Origin: a virus
Taxonomy: Duplodnaviria > Heunggongvirae > Uroviricota > Caudoviricetes
Virus record (IMG/VR): IMGVR_UViG_3300021400_000025
Location: 86,479-150,478 of that record
Strand: one strand, 5' to 3'
Length of the DNA: 64,000 bases
In this document: positions 52,951 to 63,871 of the stretch, in pieces
Layout: every line of letters begins with the position of its first letter
Numbering within the stretch: the first letter of the stretch is position 1
Made by a program: the position numbers and the translations under genes
The notes under the pieces: generated by a model
Database searches by the model: none
Told to the model about the DNA's origin: nothing
The model's input: only the letters and a program-made list of their open reading frames with translations

Positions 52951-53030
52951 ATTGATGCAATCAAGGTTTTGTTGATTTCATCAACAACCCCATTGACTTA
53001 CCGACCAAATTATGGTATACTATAGATGTT
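52951..53030 (+). promoter_or_regulatory. operator-like palindromes (TTGAT-gca-ATCAA, TTGAT-ttc-ATCAA) followed by an early promoter (CCCCATTGACTT-N17-TATGGTATACTATAGATG)
   Basis: A copy of the element at 46721..46795. Confidence 0.5.
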
Positions 53031-53046
53031 GACAAGGAGAAAAGCC

Positions 53047-53214
53047 ATGATGGTGTATGAAGTCAGAATGAAGAACACGGCAAGTGGCAGAACGAAGGTT
53101 CTGCGCGTGGATGCCATGGACTGCATGGATGCCCATAGGCAAGCCCTGATGAGCATGGGTTCGTTTGGGCATTGGACTATTGTGGACTCGAAGTTGGTCT
53201 CCGTGAAGTATTGA
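53047..53214 (+). CDS. small hypothetical protein (55 aa)
   Basis: Track ORF 53026..53214. ATG at 53047 after SD caaggagaaaagcc. Confidence 0.4.
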   Translation: MMVYEVRMKNTASGRTKVLRVDAMDCMDAHRQALMSMGSFGHWTIVDSKLVSVKY

Positions 53215-53228
53215 AAGGATAATGGACA

Positions 53229-53993
53229 ATGAACCTTGGAATCCCAGATTGTTGCCCCGTGTGTGGGGGCAAACTTGAAATCATCACGTCAAAGGATGGC
53301 GTGAAGAACCTGTTTTGTGTGAACGAAAAATGCCCTTCGCGCTTCAACGAGCAAGTATCCGCGTTCTGCGAGAGGCTTGGCATCATGGGCGTTTCCAACA
53401 CAACCCTTGAGAATTGGGGCATCAAGACCATACAAGACATAGTGGATTTCAAGCCCAATCCAGCGTACAAGAACGAGGTGAAATTTGCCGAGGAACTTGA
53501 CAAGAAGATGTGGAACGCCAGCAAAGAAAGCATCTTCATCGCGTTGTCCGCGCTTGTGTATGGCGTTGGAAGAAGGGAAATGAAGAAGTTCTGGGACAAC
53601 TGGGGTTCTGGTTGCCTTGACAGTCTGATTTCAATTGAGAACCCATCCGTGAAGGAGCAGATGATTATGGACTCGTTGAAGGTTGTCAAGGAGGCGTATT
53701 TCTCCATTGTTGACAATCCGAAGTACAACGAGCCGAAGGTGGTTGAAACCCCCAAAGTGGATTCAAGCAAAGGGAGCATCTGCTTCACCGGCAAACTTGA
53801 AACCATGACCCGTTCTGTTGCCCAGGACAAGGCGAGGAAGCTGGGCTACGAAATTGCGGAGTCCGTTGCGAAGGGGCTTGGCACATTGGTTGTTGCTGAC
53901 GCCGGACTGAAGGGTGAACCATCGTCAAAGCTGAAGAAGGCGCAGAAGTTGGGAATTCGCATCATGAGCGAGACCGAGTTCAACGCGCTTTAA
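53229..53993 (+). CDS. ligA: NAD-dependent DNA ligase C-terminal module (Zn finger, HhH, BRCT), encoded as a separate gene
   Basis: CPVCGGKL...C.NEKCP is the LigA-type Zn finger. The C-terminal ICFTGKLETMTRSVAQDKARKLGYEIAESVAKGLGTLVVADAGLKGEPSSKLKKAQKLGIRIMSETEF is a BRCT domain. Confidence 0.7.
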   Translation: MNLGIPDCCPVCGGKLEIITSKDGVKNLFCVNEKCPSRFNEQVSAFCERLGIMGVSNTTLENWGIKTIQDIVDFKPNPAYKNEVKFAEELDKKMWNASKESIFIALSALVYGVGRREMKKFWDNWGSGCLDSLISIENPSVKEQMIMDSLKVVKEAYFSIVDNPKYNEPKVVETPKVDSSKGSICFTGKLETMTRSVAQDKARKLGYEIAESVAKGLGTLVVADAGLKGEPSSKLKKAQKLGIRIMSETEFNAL

Positions 53994-54009
53994 GGAGAAG
54001 AAGAGCAAA

Positions 54010-54276
54010 ATGAAGATGATGGCGAGAGGAGAGGACACCCGCTACTGGTTAGCAGTGGTTCGAGTGGACGGCAAGGTCGTCCCACAGTTCGGTGGGAAGC
54101 CAGTAAATTGGCTAACAGCACATAGCCGAATGGAGAGGTTCAAGAATATGAAGAGATACTGGATTGGAGCGGGTGAGTTCCCAGTAAAGTCACTGAGGTT
54201 GGTTGAGATCACGACCAAGTGGAAGCGAGTAGTGGAGAGCGAGGACAAGACAACCACGAAGGAAGAGGATATTTAG
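54010..54276 (+). CDS. hypothetical protein (88 aa), TAG-terminated
   Basis: ORF track. Confidence 0.45.
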   Translation: MKMMARGEDTRYWLAVVRVDGKVVPQFGGKPVNWLTAHSRMERFKNMKRYWIGAGEFPVKSLRLVEITTKWKRVVESEDKTTTKEEDI

Positions 54277-54292
54277 GAAAGGAGAACGAGAC

Positions 54293-54835
54293 ATGTACGG
54301 AGACAAGAACACAATCAAGGACAAGTTGCCGAGCTGGTGGAAGTATGGCGACCCTCTCTACTACTGCGAAGAGGACGACACCCTTTGGACTTCCCAGGAA
54401 GAAGTGTCAATCCATTGGTATGACATCCGCATCAATAACATCGTGAATCTTCTCAACAAGGCGCGAAACGAAGCTGCGGAGCATCTGGCTGGAATGAGCA
54501 GATGCAAGAGCATGTATCCCATATACCAGAAGGAGATTGACAAAGCCAACGAACGGCTCAAGGTGCTTCTGGCTTCAAGGGATTGGCGCGAGACGAACAG
54601 CTCCCATGCCGACAAGAGGCGCGAGGTGGTGACTCTTCAGTACAAGAGGTACGAGTGGCTTGACAAACTCCACAAGGAGCAGCGGACGTTTGCTCAGCTG
54701 AAGGTGGCGTACAAGATGGCGAAGGAGGCTGTGGCTGACTTTGAGAAGATGCTCAAGGAGTATCAGACCAAAAGGGATGCCACAAGGGAACACTGGAACA
54801 AGGCGCAGGAAGCTGAGAAGAACAAGGAGAAATGA
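54293..54835 (+). CDS. hypothetical protein (180 aa)
   Basis: ORF track. SD aggaaaggagaacg. Confidence 0.5.
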   Translation: MYGDKNTIKDKLPSWWKYGDPLYYCEEDDTLWTSQEEVSIHWYDIRINNIVNLLNKARNEAAEHLAGMSRCKSMYPIYQKEIDKANERLKVLLASRDWRETNSSHADKRREVVTLQYKRYEWLDKLHKEQRTFAQLKVAYKMAKEAVADFEKMLKEYQTKRDATREHWNKAQEAEKNKEK

Positions 54836-55275
54836 AAATGGAGAACTGGATTCCAATAGACGAGTCTACTCTTGTTTGCGAAATGGCGAACAAGAACAAG
54901 GCTCAGACCCATCTACCGATGAACATTTGGATTGACGAAAACCAGACCTACATCAATGGACATCATTCCAAGAGGGTGAAGTTTCAGCTTGACCATGGGA
55001 ATCGAATGAACCTATCCAGATTTGGGACTATGGACTTGAATGGAAACCTTCACTGTGAGGACATTGGAGAATTGAGCCAAGAAGACATCAATGCGCTTCG
55101 CAATTTCGTTCTGAACAACAAAACAGCACTCGAACATGTTGCTGACAACGACATTTGGTTGGACGAAATCTGGCCGAGCATCATATTGGGTGGAGAACCG
55201 GCATCATTTGAGGAAATCCAAAAGTTGAACCTCAAAGTGGATGAACTGATAGAGTACAACAACTCGCTGGATTGA
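54832..55275 (+). CDS. hypothetical protein (147 aa)
   Basis: ORF track. Confidence 0.5.
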   Translation: MKMENWIPIDESTLVCEMANKNKAQTHLPMNIWIDENQTYINGHHSKRVKFQLDHGNRMNLSRFGTMDLNGNLHCEDIGELSQEDINALRNFVLNNKTALEHVADNDIWLDEIWPSIILGGEPASFEEIQKLNLKVDELIEYNNSLD

Positions 55276-55607
55276 TGCGAGAAGGAGCAGACAAAATGAC
55301 ACTCTACATGAAGAAGAGCCCGATTTACTACACCATCTTCATACAGGGCTTCAAGGACAAGAATGGGTGGTATCTCTCCAACGAGGATGAGATTGACGAG
55401 TTTGCGAAGAAGTTCAACTTGGACTGGCACTGGAACATGAGGAAGGGGGTTCTTTCATTCAAGGACAAGTCAGATGGGGAAAAGATCTATAGACCTGGAT
55501 ATGTCCAGATTGGGGATGTTGTTGCAGCCTATGACGATTGGGGGACATTGCGTGTTGAGGTCTGTACTTCCGAGGAATTCGAGAAGAAGTTCATCAAGGT
55601 TGACTAA
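55272..55607 (+). CDS. hypothetical protein (111 aa)
   Basis: ORF track. Confidence 0.5.
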   Translation: MMREGADKMTLYMKKSPIYYTIFIQGFKDKNGWYLSNEDEIDEFAKKFNLDWHWNMRKGVLSFKDKSDGEKIYRPGYVQIGDVVAAYDDWGTLRVEVCTSEEFEKKFIKVD

Positions 55608-55850
55608 ATGGAGAAACTGACAATGGCAACTAAGAAACCTGCAATCACTGAGATCAAGGACTTCAATGGAACTCCCGTCCATGTTGGGGACAAGATTGTG
55701 TATATTGAAAAGACCTATTGCACCGCCGGTTTGGCATTTGGAACTGTAATTGGATTGTCAAAGGTGTTTGGCAGAGATTGTGTTGTGGTTGAAGACGGGT
55801 TCGGTTTCAAGTCAAAGCCAACATCGCAAAGCATCTACAAGGTGAATTGA
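55608..55850 (+). CDS. hypothetical protein (80 aa)
   Basis: ORF track. Confidence 0.45.
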   Translation: MEKLTMATKKPAITEIKDFNGTPVHVGDKIVYIEKTYCTAGLAFGTVIGLSKVFGRDCVVVEDGFGFKSKPTSQSIYKVN

Positions 55851-55853
55851 TTC

Positions 55854-56150
55854 ATGGACACACCATCAATTGAGGAACGCATTGCCGATTTCCAGAGGCA
55901 ATTGGATGTGGTGAGGGAGAAGATGAAGAGAGTGGAGGAATCGTCCCCCAAAATCTACATCAACCTCCGCCAGTACATGAATCGGCTCAGAGAACTCAAG
56001 GGCAAGGAACTTGACAGCAAGGATGAATTGGATTTCGTCCGCCACCAAGTCAAGGCTTTGCTTGCCGACAAGGAGCAGATTGAGAAGGAATATCAGGAGT
56101 TGAAGCAGAAGGAACGTGAGATTCTTCTGTACATTGAAGAACTCAAATAG
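55854..56150 (+). CDS. coiled-coil protein (98 aa), TAG-terminated
   Basis: ORF track. Confidence 0.45.
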   Translation: MDTPSIEERIADFQRQLDVVREKMKRVEESSPKIYINLRQYMNRLRELKGKELDSKDELDFVRHQVKALLADKEQIEKEYQELKQKEREILLYIEELK

Positions 56151-56164
56151 AAAGGAAACTGACA

Positions 56165-56530
56165 ATGGCTGCGAAATTCAAGATTGACAAGTTGAAGGGC
56201 TTCTTCAAGACCATGGCTGAAATCGAAAAGCGAATTGAGGAGATTGCACCGCTCTGCACGGACATCACTTCACGCGAGGACATCATTGGATTCAGCTACG
56301 ACGATGACGGCAGCATTATCATAAGGGTGTATAGCAGCGACTGTGGCAACGATGCCTATTGGTTCCCGCTTGAATATCTCGCCATGGATGACGAGGAGAT
56401 TCTGAAGTCCGAGAAGAAAAAGGACGAATTGGCAAGGAAACTTCGGGAGCAAGAGGAACTCAAGGAGAAAAAGGCAAAGGAGAGGGCTGAACGCAAGGAA
56501 TACGAACGCCTCAAGAAGAAGTACGAGGGT

Positions 56531-56536
<6 letters not shown>
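56165..56536 (+). CDS. hypothetical protein (123 aa) with a K/E-rich C-terminus
   Basis: ORF track. Confidence 0.5.
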
Positions 56537-57697
<1,161 letters not shown>

Positions 57698-57725
57698 TGT
57701 ATAATCCATTTAGGAGACATAACCA

Positions 57726-58058
57726 ATGGCTGAAAAGAAATCCAAGAAGAAAGCACCAAAGAAGACCAAGGTATATGAGTGCTACCACTACGAGTTCGAC
57801 TATGACGACCTTGGCAAATACTACTGGTGTCACAACCAGGACATTCCTTGTCAGGAATGCAATGTTGGAAAGGGTTTCTATTGCCAGCAGTTCTGCCCTG
57901 GCTACAAGAAAGGAAACCTCAAGGGTTCTTGGGTCATCTCTGATTGGGAGAAGGACGAAGCCAAGAAGTTCAAGGAAAAGTTGGTAAATGAAGCCAAGTC
58001 GAAGGAAGCTAAAGAACGCGCTTTGTTGAAATATCTCAAGGAGAAATACGAAAATTGA
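57726..58058 (+). CDS. Lys-rich Cys-containing small protein (110 aa)
   Basis: ORF track. Confidence 0.5.
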   Translation: MAEKKSKKKAPKKTKVYECYHYEFDYDDLGKYYWCHNQDIPCQECNVGKGFYCQQFCPGYKKGNLKGSWVISDWEKDEAKKFKEKLVNEAKSKEAKERALLKYLKEKYEN

Positions 58059-58080
58059 CAAGCGCAAAAGGGGGAAGGTT

Positions 58081-58932
58081 ATGACCACCAGTAAATTCAT
58101 GAAAGCAAGCGACAAGCCCATGTTCATGCTTGAGTCGTTCAACTATTCCTCTCCACAGTTCTTGACAGAGGGGATAATCCGAACATACAATCCAGAATTC
58201 GTCATCAAGAGGCTTCAAGGGAAAATCAAGGATGACTTCGGCATAAACATGTTCGAGGTAAATTCCAACAACAATGTTGAATATGACGATTCCTACATCT
58301 TCATCAACTATCCCAACAGCAAATTGTCGGACAAGTTCTGTGGCAGCGTGTATTCCAAATTGGAATTGGGTATCTATAGGATAGGGATGTGCATCTATGT
58401 TGATGAACCAAATCTGGATGAATCGTCCAAGTTAGAGGAATTCAAGGATTCCATAGACAAGGTGTGCCAATGGGCGGGGATGTTCATTTCCATCGCCAAA
58501 TCAAGACCATGCAGGGAAAGCAGAAACGCCAGGATATTCACCATTGTGGTCGAACCCATGTTCTCAGACAAGGACTTCGAGTTGAACAAGTGTCCAGGAA
58601 TCAAGACCCTCTACCACTTGACGAAATCATCAAGGGTGGGCAAGATATTGACGGGTGGATTGAACCCAAAATCGTCCAATGCCAAGTTCAAATACCCGGA
58701 CAGAATCTACCTTGGACTTGACCCATATGAACTTGAGCATGATTTACTGCCGAAGTTCAGGGAATTGGATGGTACAAGTTGTCGAGACGATTATTCCATA
58801 TTGAAGATTGACATATCCAAGATTCCATCCAAGAACAAGTTCAAGGTTGATCCAAACTACCCAGATGGACTGTTTACATCAGACAACATCCCACCTTTTG
58901 CAATAGGGGTGTTCAAGGATGTCATCACATAA
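58081..58932 (+). CDS. hypothetical protein (283 aa). The C-terminal region faintly resembles an ADP-ribosyl-transferase / Tpt1-KptA fold (LYHLT...ILTGGL...RIYLGLD)
   Basis: The motif similarity is weak (KptA FLYHGT...GL...YVHLS). This is not a confident assignment. Confidence 0.3.
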   Translation: MTTSKFMKASDKPMFMLESFNYSSPQFLTEGIIRTYNPEFVIKRLQGKIKDDFGINMFEVNSNNNVEYDDSYIFINYPNSKLSDKFCGSVYSKLELGIYRIGMCIYVDEPNLDESSKLEEFKDSIDKVCQWAGMFISIAKSRPCRESRNARIFTIVVEPMFSDKDFELNKCPGIKTLYHLTKSSRVGKILTGGLNPKSSNAKFKYPDRIYLGLDPYELEHDLLPKFRELDGTSCRDDYSILKIDISKIPSKNKFKVDPNYPDGLFTSDNIPPFAIGVFKDVIT

Positions 58933-59011
58933 CCAACTACACCACTTGATGTGGGCTTTACAGTCCCCTTGTTTTGGTGTATAATTCCCTTAAGGAGAAA
59001 TACGAAGAGCC

Positions 59012-60061
59012 ATGAAGGGAAGCAATTGGAGAGACAGCAGAATGGCATGCGAGTTGTTCTACTTGAACGACCCGACATGCGCCGAGAAGCCTTATCTGAA
59101 TCCAGAGCCAGAAATCACCATGGTGAAGGAGTTCAAGGTCAAGGACTTCAAGGAGGCAATCCAGTTCACGAAGGAATGGAACGAGAAGCATCCAGAGCAT
59201 GTCCATTATTGGAGGCATGTCCACAACAGGGGGGATTATGGTCTCTGGCACAAGGATGGGATTTGCAGTTGGGGGTTGTCTGATGTTGACAATCATTTCG
59301 TGGACAAGATTGCTGAACTCAGGTTGAAGCTGCGGCAGATTGACAAGGAGATTGCCAACACCGACCCCAATAGACATCCATTGCATCATTGGAGCTGCCG
59401 TCATGATCGCTTGAAGTTGGTGAAGAAGATTGCCAAGATTCGGAGGATTTCCACATGCTGTCTTGTCAGATTCCTTGTGGGGGTCAAGATTGCCGTTTCA
59501 GATTGGTGCAGTTGGTGGCTCAAAGACTTCTGGGTTGACAAGTTCAAGGACTGGAAGTGGGAAAGGAAGCGGCTCTCCACATGGAAGAAAACAGGACATT
59601 CGCCAGACGAGTGGTGGTCGCTTGAACTGCACCTGCTTGAGACGCTCAAGTTCAACCTCAAGAGGATAATCCAGGATGGAATGGGAATCAACAGTGTCTT
59701 CATTGAGGATGTTTTGAGGAAACGCCATGCCAACGAACCAGACTTTGACCTTGAGAAGGAGTTCATCAAGTTCCACATGGGCGAGAACACTGGAGTTGAA
59801 GAAGAGGTTGTTGAACTTCAGAAGCAGACATACGAGCGCATCTGCCACCTTGTTGACCTCTACACCTTCTACTTGAACCAAGAGGTTGACGACAAGGACA
59901 TCTACGATCATCCCGAGTTGAGAACCCCAGACATGGTTGAGACCTACATTGACGGGACATACGACATGATTGACTACAAGGACATGCTGGAGAAGGGCAA
60001 GAAGTGCTGGAACGAAATCTGGGATCTTGTCAAGAAATACGGCCAGCAAATGGGTGATTGA
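59012..60061 (+). CDS. hypothetical Trp-rich protein (349 aa)
   Basis: ORF track. A tgtataattccc -10 and an SD lie upstream. Confidence 0.55.
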   Translation: MKGSNWRDSRMACELFYLNDPTCAEKPYLNPEPEITMVKEFKVKDFKEAIQFTKEWNEKHPEHVHYWRHVHNRGDYGLWHKDGICSWGLSDVDNHFVDKIAELRLKLRQIDKEIANTDPNRHPLHHWSCRHDRLKLVKKIAKIRRISTCCLVRFLVGVKIAVSDWCSWWLKDFWVDKFKDWKWERKRLSTWKKTGHSPDEWWSLELHLLETLKFNLKRIIQDGMGINSVFIEDVLRKRHANEPDFDLEKEFIKFHMGENTGVEEEVVELQKQTYERICHLVDLYTFYLNQEVDDKDIYDHPELRTPDMVETYIDGTYDMIDYKDMLEKGKKCWNEIWDLVKKYGQQMGD

Positions 60062-60087
60062 CCTTGTCCAATGTTGGTAAATACTGA

Positions 60088-60360
60088 TATGATTGAGTAC
60101 CAATATATACCTGACAGCAAGATATGCGTGTCCATGATGAAATTCTCCATAGACGAAACCACGGACACCATACATTAGGTTGCCATTCTGGGTGGATGCC
60201 ATGGCAATTTCGCCGCCATAATGAAACTTCTCAAGGGCAGAAAGGTTCAGGACGTGATCCAGGAACTTGAAGGCATTCAATGCGGCAGGAGAGGCACATC
60301 CTGTCCAGACTAGATTGCCAAGGCGTTGAAGAAATATGTGGATGGTGAGATTTCGCATTG
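60088..60360 (+). CDS. hidden 90-codon ORF with 2 in-frame TAGs (60175, 60310), directly behind a late motif (ttggtaaatactgat ATG). Ends at TGA
   Basis: Manual translation. It is invisible to the track because the TAGs cut it into pieces shorter than 60 aa. Confidence 0.4.
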
Positions 60361-60417
60361 ATTATTGTAAATAATACCACAAAGACCCCATGTCTTTTTC
60401 ATTAGAGGTATATTACA

Positions 60418-60735
60418 ATGGCAGAATTGACAGAGAAGAAATTTGGATATGTTGTGAATTCACCACATCATTGCCATCCACCATGTCCTCCACCACCCAG
60501 GCCAATTCCTCCATCCATGACCGTGAAGGATTGGATGGAGTACATCAATTCCTACATTGATGTCCGCGCCCGTCAGATTTACGACAAGTTGAAGAAGCTG
60601 ATTCCTGGGGGTGGATCCAGTTCAGAGGTCTGGCCCAAGGATTTCATCTTGTTGAGGGATATAAGCACCAATCAGGTGTATGAAGTCTATATGGAGAATG
60701 GGTCTTTGTCTTCAAGACCACATCAGGGTTCTTGA
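60418..60735 (+). CDS. Pro-rich hypothetical protein (105 aa)
   Basis: ORF track. A late-like motif ttattgtaaataata lies 44 nt upstream. Confidence 0.5.
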   Translation: MAELTEKKFGYVVNSPHHCHPPCPPPPRPIPPSMTVKDWMEYINSYIDVRARQIYDKLKKLIPGGGSSSEVWPKDFILLRDISTNQVYEVYMENGSLSSRPHQGS

Positions 60736-60762
60736 TTGCATCAAGATTCTTGATTGCATCAA
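60731..60762 (+). promoter_or_regulatory. two copies of the 15-bp perfect palindrome CTTGAT-tgc-ATCAAG
   Basis: Seen directly. The same half-site as the operator-like elements at 46721 and 52953. Confidence 0.45.
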
Positions 60763-60822
60763 CCCATATTTGAACAACATGGCTGGAAAATTGTTTTGTT
60801 GAAGGACAATCCCAGCCATTTG

Positions 60823-61080
60823 TCATCTAATCTTCCATCCATCCCATATGTATTGGGAAGACTCTTGAAACCATTTCACGTTTTTCTGGGGGATTGGGTC
60901 CTTCCCTGCTCTGTCAAGTGAATTGGTTGATATTGGACCCACAGCTTCAATTTTGGGGGGTTCATTGATTGCTTCATGTTCATTCGGGTTGTTTTTCTCT
61001 TGATTGATGGCTATTGCAGTGAACAATCCTGTCAATATTGCCGCAACCACACCCAGTATTTTCGCCTTGTTGAACTTCAT
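60823..61080 (-). CDS. small membrane-anchored or secreted protein (85 aa)
   Basis: ORF track. N-terminal hydrophobic helix. A late motif on the minus strand lies 30 nt upstream. Confidence 0.5.
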   Translation of the reverse strand: MKFNKAKILGVVAAILTGLFTAIAINQEKNNPNEHEAINEPPKIEAVGPISTNSLDRAGKDPIPQKNVKWFQESSQYIWDGWKIR

Positions 61081-61110
61081 GATGAACCTCCTTTCATTGC
61101 TTGTTGTGTC

Positions 61111-61146
61111 ATATTTACCATTTTCAACAGATTATTGTAAATATAC
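61111..61146. promoter_or_regulatory. divergent pair of late-promoter-like motifs (minus AATGGTAAATAT, plus TTATTGTAAATATAC)
   Basis: Same arrangement as at 1959..1990. Serves the genes at 61080(-) and 61183(+). Confidence 0.45.
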
Positions 61147-61182
61147 CTTGGACAATCAAGTGAACTGCGAGGTTGATGCAAC

Positions 61183-61509
61183 ATGGTGAAAAGAACAGGA
61201 AAACAGAGAGTGCGAGATGCTTCTACACCGAGGAATTTGGATGTTTTCTTGAACCAGCCGAACATCAACATGGTGGTTCCGTGGATATATGACATATACA
61301 AGAACATGGCTAAACCTAAATCAAGAGATGGTGAAAGCGAGGATGATCCAATCGCAAAGGATCTTCAGTGCTTCCTCAATCAACCAAACATCAACATGAC
61401 AATACCTTGGATATATGAGATAGCCAAGGCTGTGAAGTCAGGTGGTGGTGGAGGAGAAGGTTCTGACCTGAAATGGGATGACATAGATTTCAATGGGGGC
61501 AATAGTTAA
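61183..61509 (+). CDS. hypothetical protein (108 aa) with an internal duplication (LNQPNINM..PWIY(D/E)I)
   Basis: ORF track. Confidence 0.5.
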   Translation: MVKRTGKQRVRDASTPRNLDVFLNQPNINMVVPWIYDIYKNMAKPKSRDGESEDDPIAKDLQCFLNQPNINMTIPWIYEIAKAVKSGGGGGEGSDLKWDDIDFNGGNS

Positions 61510-61511
61510 TC

Positions 61512-61892
61512 ATGGCGAAAGTAACATTCAAGGTGGTCACTCCACAAAATTTCAAGAATCAACCTATTGTTGATGGTCAGTTGTTGTTTGTCCATGATGT
61601 TAGCACTGGTCTTGGAAAAATATATCTTGATTATGGGAAGACAAGAGTTTGTTATACACCAGAACCAGGAATGAACTATGTTGGCATTTCAACCACAGAT
61701 CCAAAGACTGGAACTGTCACAATAGATGGTCAAGTGCTGCAACCCAGACCTAAAGATGTCGTTGTCTATGGCAAGAAGGAATATATGTGGCGAATAGACA
61801 CTGACAACAACAACCAGCCCAGGTGGATGGAGATTGGAGACGAGGAATCCCCAGATTGGCTTGACTCCACTGGAAGTGAATGGAATACTTGA
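61512..61892 (+). CDS. hypothetical virion-module protein (126 aa)
   Basis: ORF track. Confidence 0.5.
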   Translation: MAKVTFKVVTPQNFKNQPIVDGQLLFVHDVSTGLGKIYLDYGKTRVCYTPEPGMNYVGISTTDPKTGTVTIDGQVLQPRPKDVVVYGKKEYMWRIDTDNNNQPRWMEIGDEESPDWLDSTGSEWNT

Positions 61893-62014
61893 AATTCCAC
61901 TTGAGTTTTATTGGTCTTTTTGGTAAATATACATCGAGATTGGATTTCCCATTGGGAGTTGTGTTCTCATTGGGATTTGCAAATCACAACAAAAACACAA
62001 AGAGGTAAACAATA

Positions 62015-63724
62015 ATGGCACAAGTTAAATTCTACTCTGTGGCTTCCCTCCCAGAGTCACCAAATGCTGGTGGCGTGTATTTCGTCGATAATGGCGAACT
62101 CTACAAGGGTGGTCAGAGGTTCGGACTTGGTCGCGTGACAGTTGATGCCGATTTCGTTCCTTCCACATCCTCCAAGGATGGGCAGGCTCGTGGTGACATC
62201 GTGGTGACTGGTTCTGGCGCAGGCTGGGTCTTTGATGGTGAAAATTGGCAAAGCATTGGTGGAGACATTGCGTCTCTCCAGAGCATGTGGCAGGCCGATA
62301 TCTCCACATGGACGGCAGGACTTGCCACCACAGGTGAAGACAAGTATATCACTGGCATCACCCAGGGTGCGGATGGCAAGGTGACAGCTGCAACCTCCAC
62401 ATTCTCCACGGATGTGAAGACGGCTATTGGCGATGGCGCTGCTTCAAGCACGGCAAATGGCATCACAGTGTCCGTGGTCACGACATCTGGTTCTGTGACA
62501 GGCGTTGAGGTGGCAGCTGCGAACATCAGCGCCACTTCTGGCACATTCGAGAACTTGACGGTCACTGACACAGCAACCTTCTCAGCAACCACAGTTTCCG
62601 CTGACACCCTTACGATTGGTGGAAGCACGGTTGAGCAGTTGGCTGACAAGCAAATTGCTGCAATCTCTGCAAGCACAGTTGTAAGCGCAAGCAATGGCAT
62701 CACAGTGAGCGTGACGACCCAGGGTGGTTCTGTCACAGCAGTCTCTCTCAATGCTGAGGCATTTGGCAACACAATCCACTTCCGTGGCGTTGAGGCTTCT
62801 ACTGGCGCTGTGAGCGATCCTGTGGCTGGCGATATCGTGGTGATTGGTTCTACACCTGGTGAGGGCTTCGTTGCCGGTCAAGAGTACATCTATGATGGCA
62901 CGAAGTGGGAACTCATTGGCGACCAGAACACCTATGCTGTGAATGCATATTCTTCAACAGCTACAGTGTTCACGGGAGTTGAGACGGTTCCTGGTGCGTT
63001 GAATGCGGCAGGTGCTGCGATTGACGCGCTCAAGACCAAGACTGACGCATATGTTGGTGGTTCTGCTTCTGATGCTGACCAGGGCGTTGCTGTCACGGTG
63101 AGCGTTGATGCTACGACACTCGCTCCTTCTGTGGATGTGGTTGTCACTTCCGCGACATTGTTCGATGGATTGGATGCTACGGTGTCCTCTGCTGCCAAGG
63201 GCGTTGAAGTTGAAGTTGTTGAGGAGAATGGCAAGCTCACAAGCGCAACTGTTGCTGTGACGGCTTCTTCCGAGATGGCATTTGGTGCAACTGGTTCTGC
63301 AAATGACCTCGCAACCACGGCTGCCGTCAAGAGCTACTTCGAGAACAACCTTGTGTGGCTCGGAGCGGATGGCAATCCGGTTGATGGGGGCAGCACGCCT
63401 GATCCTGCAAAGACCAGGTTCACCATTCAAGGTGGACCGGTTAGGGAACATAACATAAGTGGATCGCTTGACAGGCAGTGGCTGGATAGCAATGAATATT
63501 ATGATGGGGAAAACTCTGAGTGGTTAGTGAACATACTTCAGGTAGACATTGGAAATACAGTTACAAGCATCGGAAGTCAGACATTCGATATGTGCGGCGA
63601 TCTTACGAGTGTGACGATCCCCGACACTGTGACCAACATTGACATGAATGCGTTCATGGGTTGCAATAACCTTACAAGTGTGACAATAACTGCAAATGGT
63701 GGAAATGCTGAATCTGTCAAGTAG
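62015..63724 (+). CDS. tail-fibre-like protein (Ala/Thr/Val-rich beta-helical repeats) with a C-terminal BspA-type leucine-rich repeat. TAG-terminated, with 18 more open codons to TGA 63779-63781
   Basis: ORF track. Repetitive GITVSV(V/T)T..GSVT.V segments. The C-terminus ...SIGSQTFDMCGDLTSVTIPDTVTNIDMNAFMGCNNLTSVTI... A late motif lies at 61917. Confidence 0.55.
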   Translation: MAQVKFYSVASLPESPNAGGVYFVDNGELYKGGQRFGLGRVTVDADFVPSTSSKDGQARGDIVVTGSGAGWVFDGENWQSIGGDIASLQSMWQADISTWTAGLATTGEDKYITGITQGADGKVTAATSTFSTDVKTAIGDGAASSTANGITVSVVTTSGSVTGVEVAAANISATSGTFENLTVTDTATFSATTVSADTLTIGGSTVEQLADKQIAAISASTVVSASNGITVSVTTQGGSVTAVSLNAEAFGNTIHFRGVEASTGAVSDPVAGDIVVIGSTPGEGFVAGQEYIYDGTKWELIGDQNTYAVNAYSSTATVFTGVETVPGALNAAGAAIDALKTKTDAYVGGSASDADQGVAVTVSVDATTLAPSVDVVVTSATLFDGLDATVSSAAKGVEVEVVEENGKLTSATVAVTASSEMAFGATGSANDLATTAAVKSYFENNLVWLGADGNPVDGGSTPDPAKTRFTIQGGPVREHNISGSLDRQWLDSNEYYDGENSEWLVNILQVDIGNTVTSIGSQTFDMCGDLTSVTIPDTVTNIDMNAFMGCNNLTSVTITANGGNAESVK

Positions 63725-63814
63725 ATGATGATTGACGCTGGAGCGACAGAAGTAACTACTTGGAACATGCCAAGCTGATTGACTTGTCAAGCAAGCATTA
63801 GATTGGTACATTAA

Positions 63815-63855
63815 AAGAGATCTGGGAGTCAAATCCCAGATCTCTTCTATTTTGA
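63815..63855. terminator. bidirectional rho-independent terminator (agagatctggga-gtcaaa-tcccagatctct followed by a T-run) between convergent genes
   Basis: 12-bp perfect stem read in the sequence. Confidence 0.6.
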
Positions 63856-63871
63856 CCAGATGATAAGTTAT

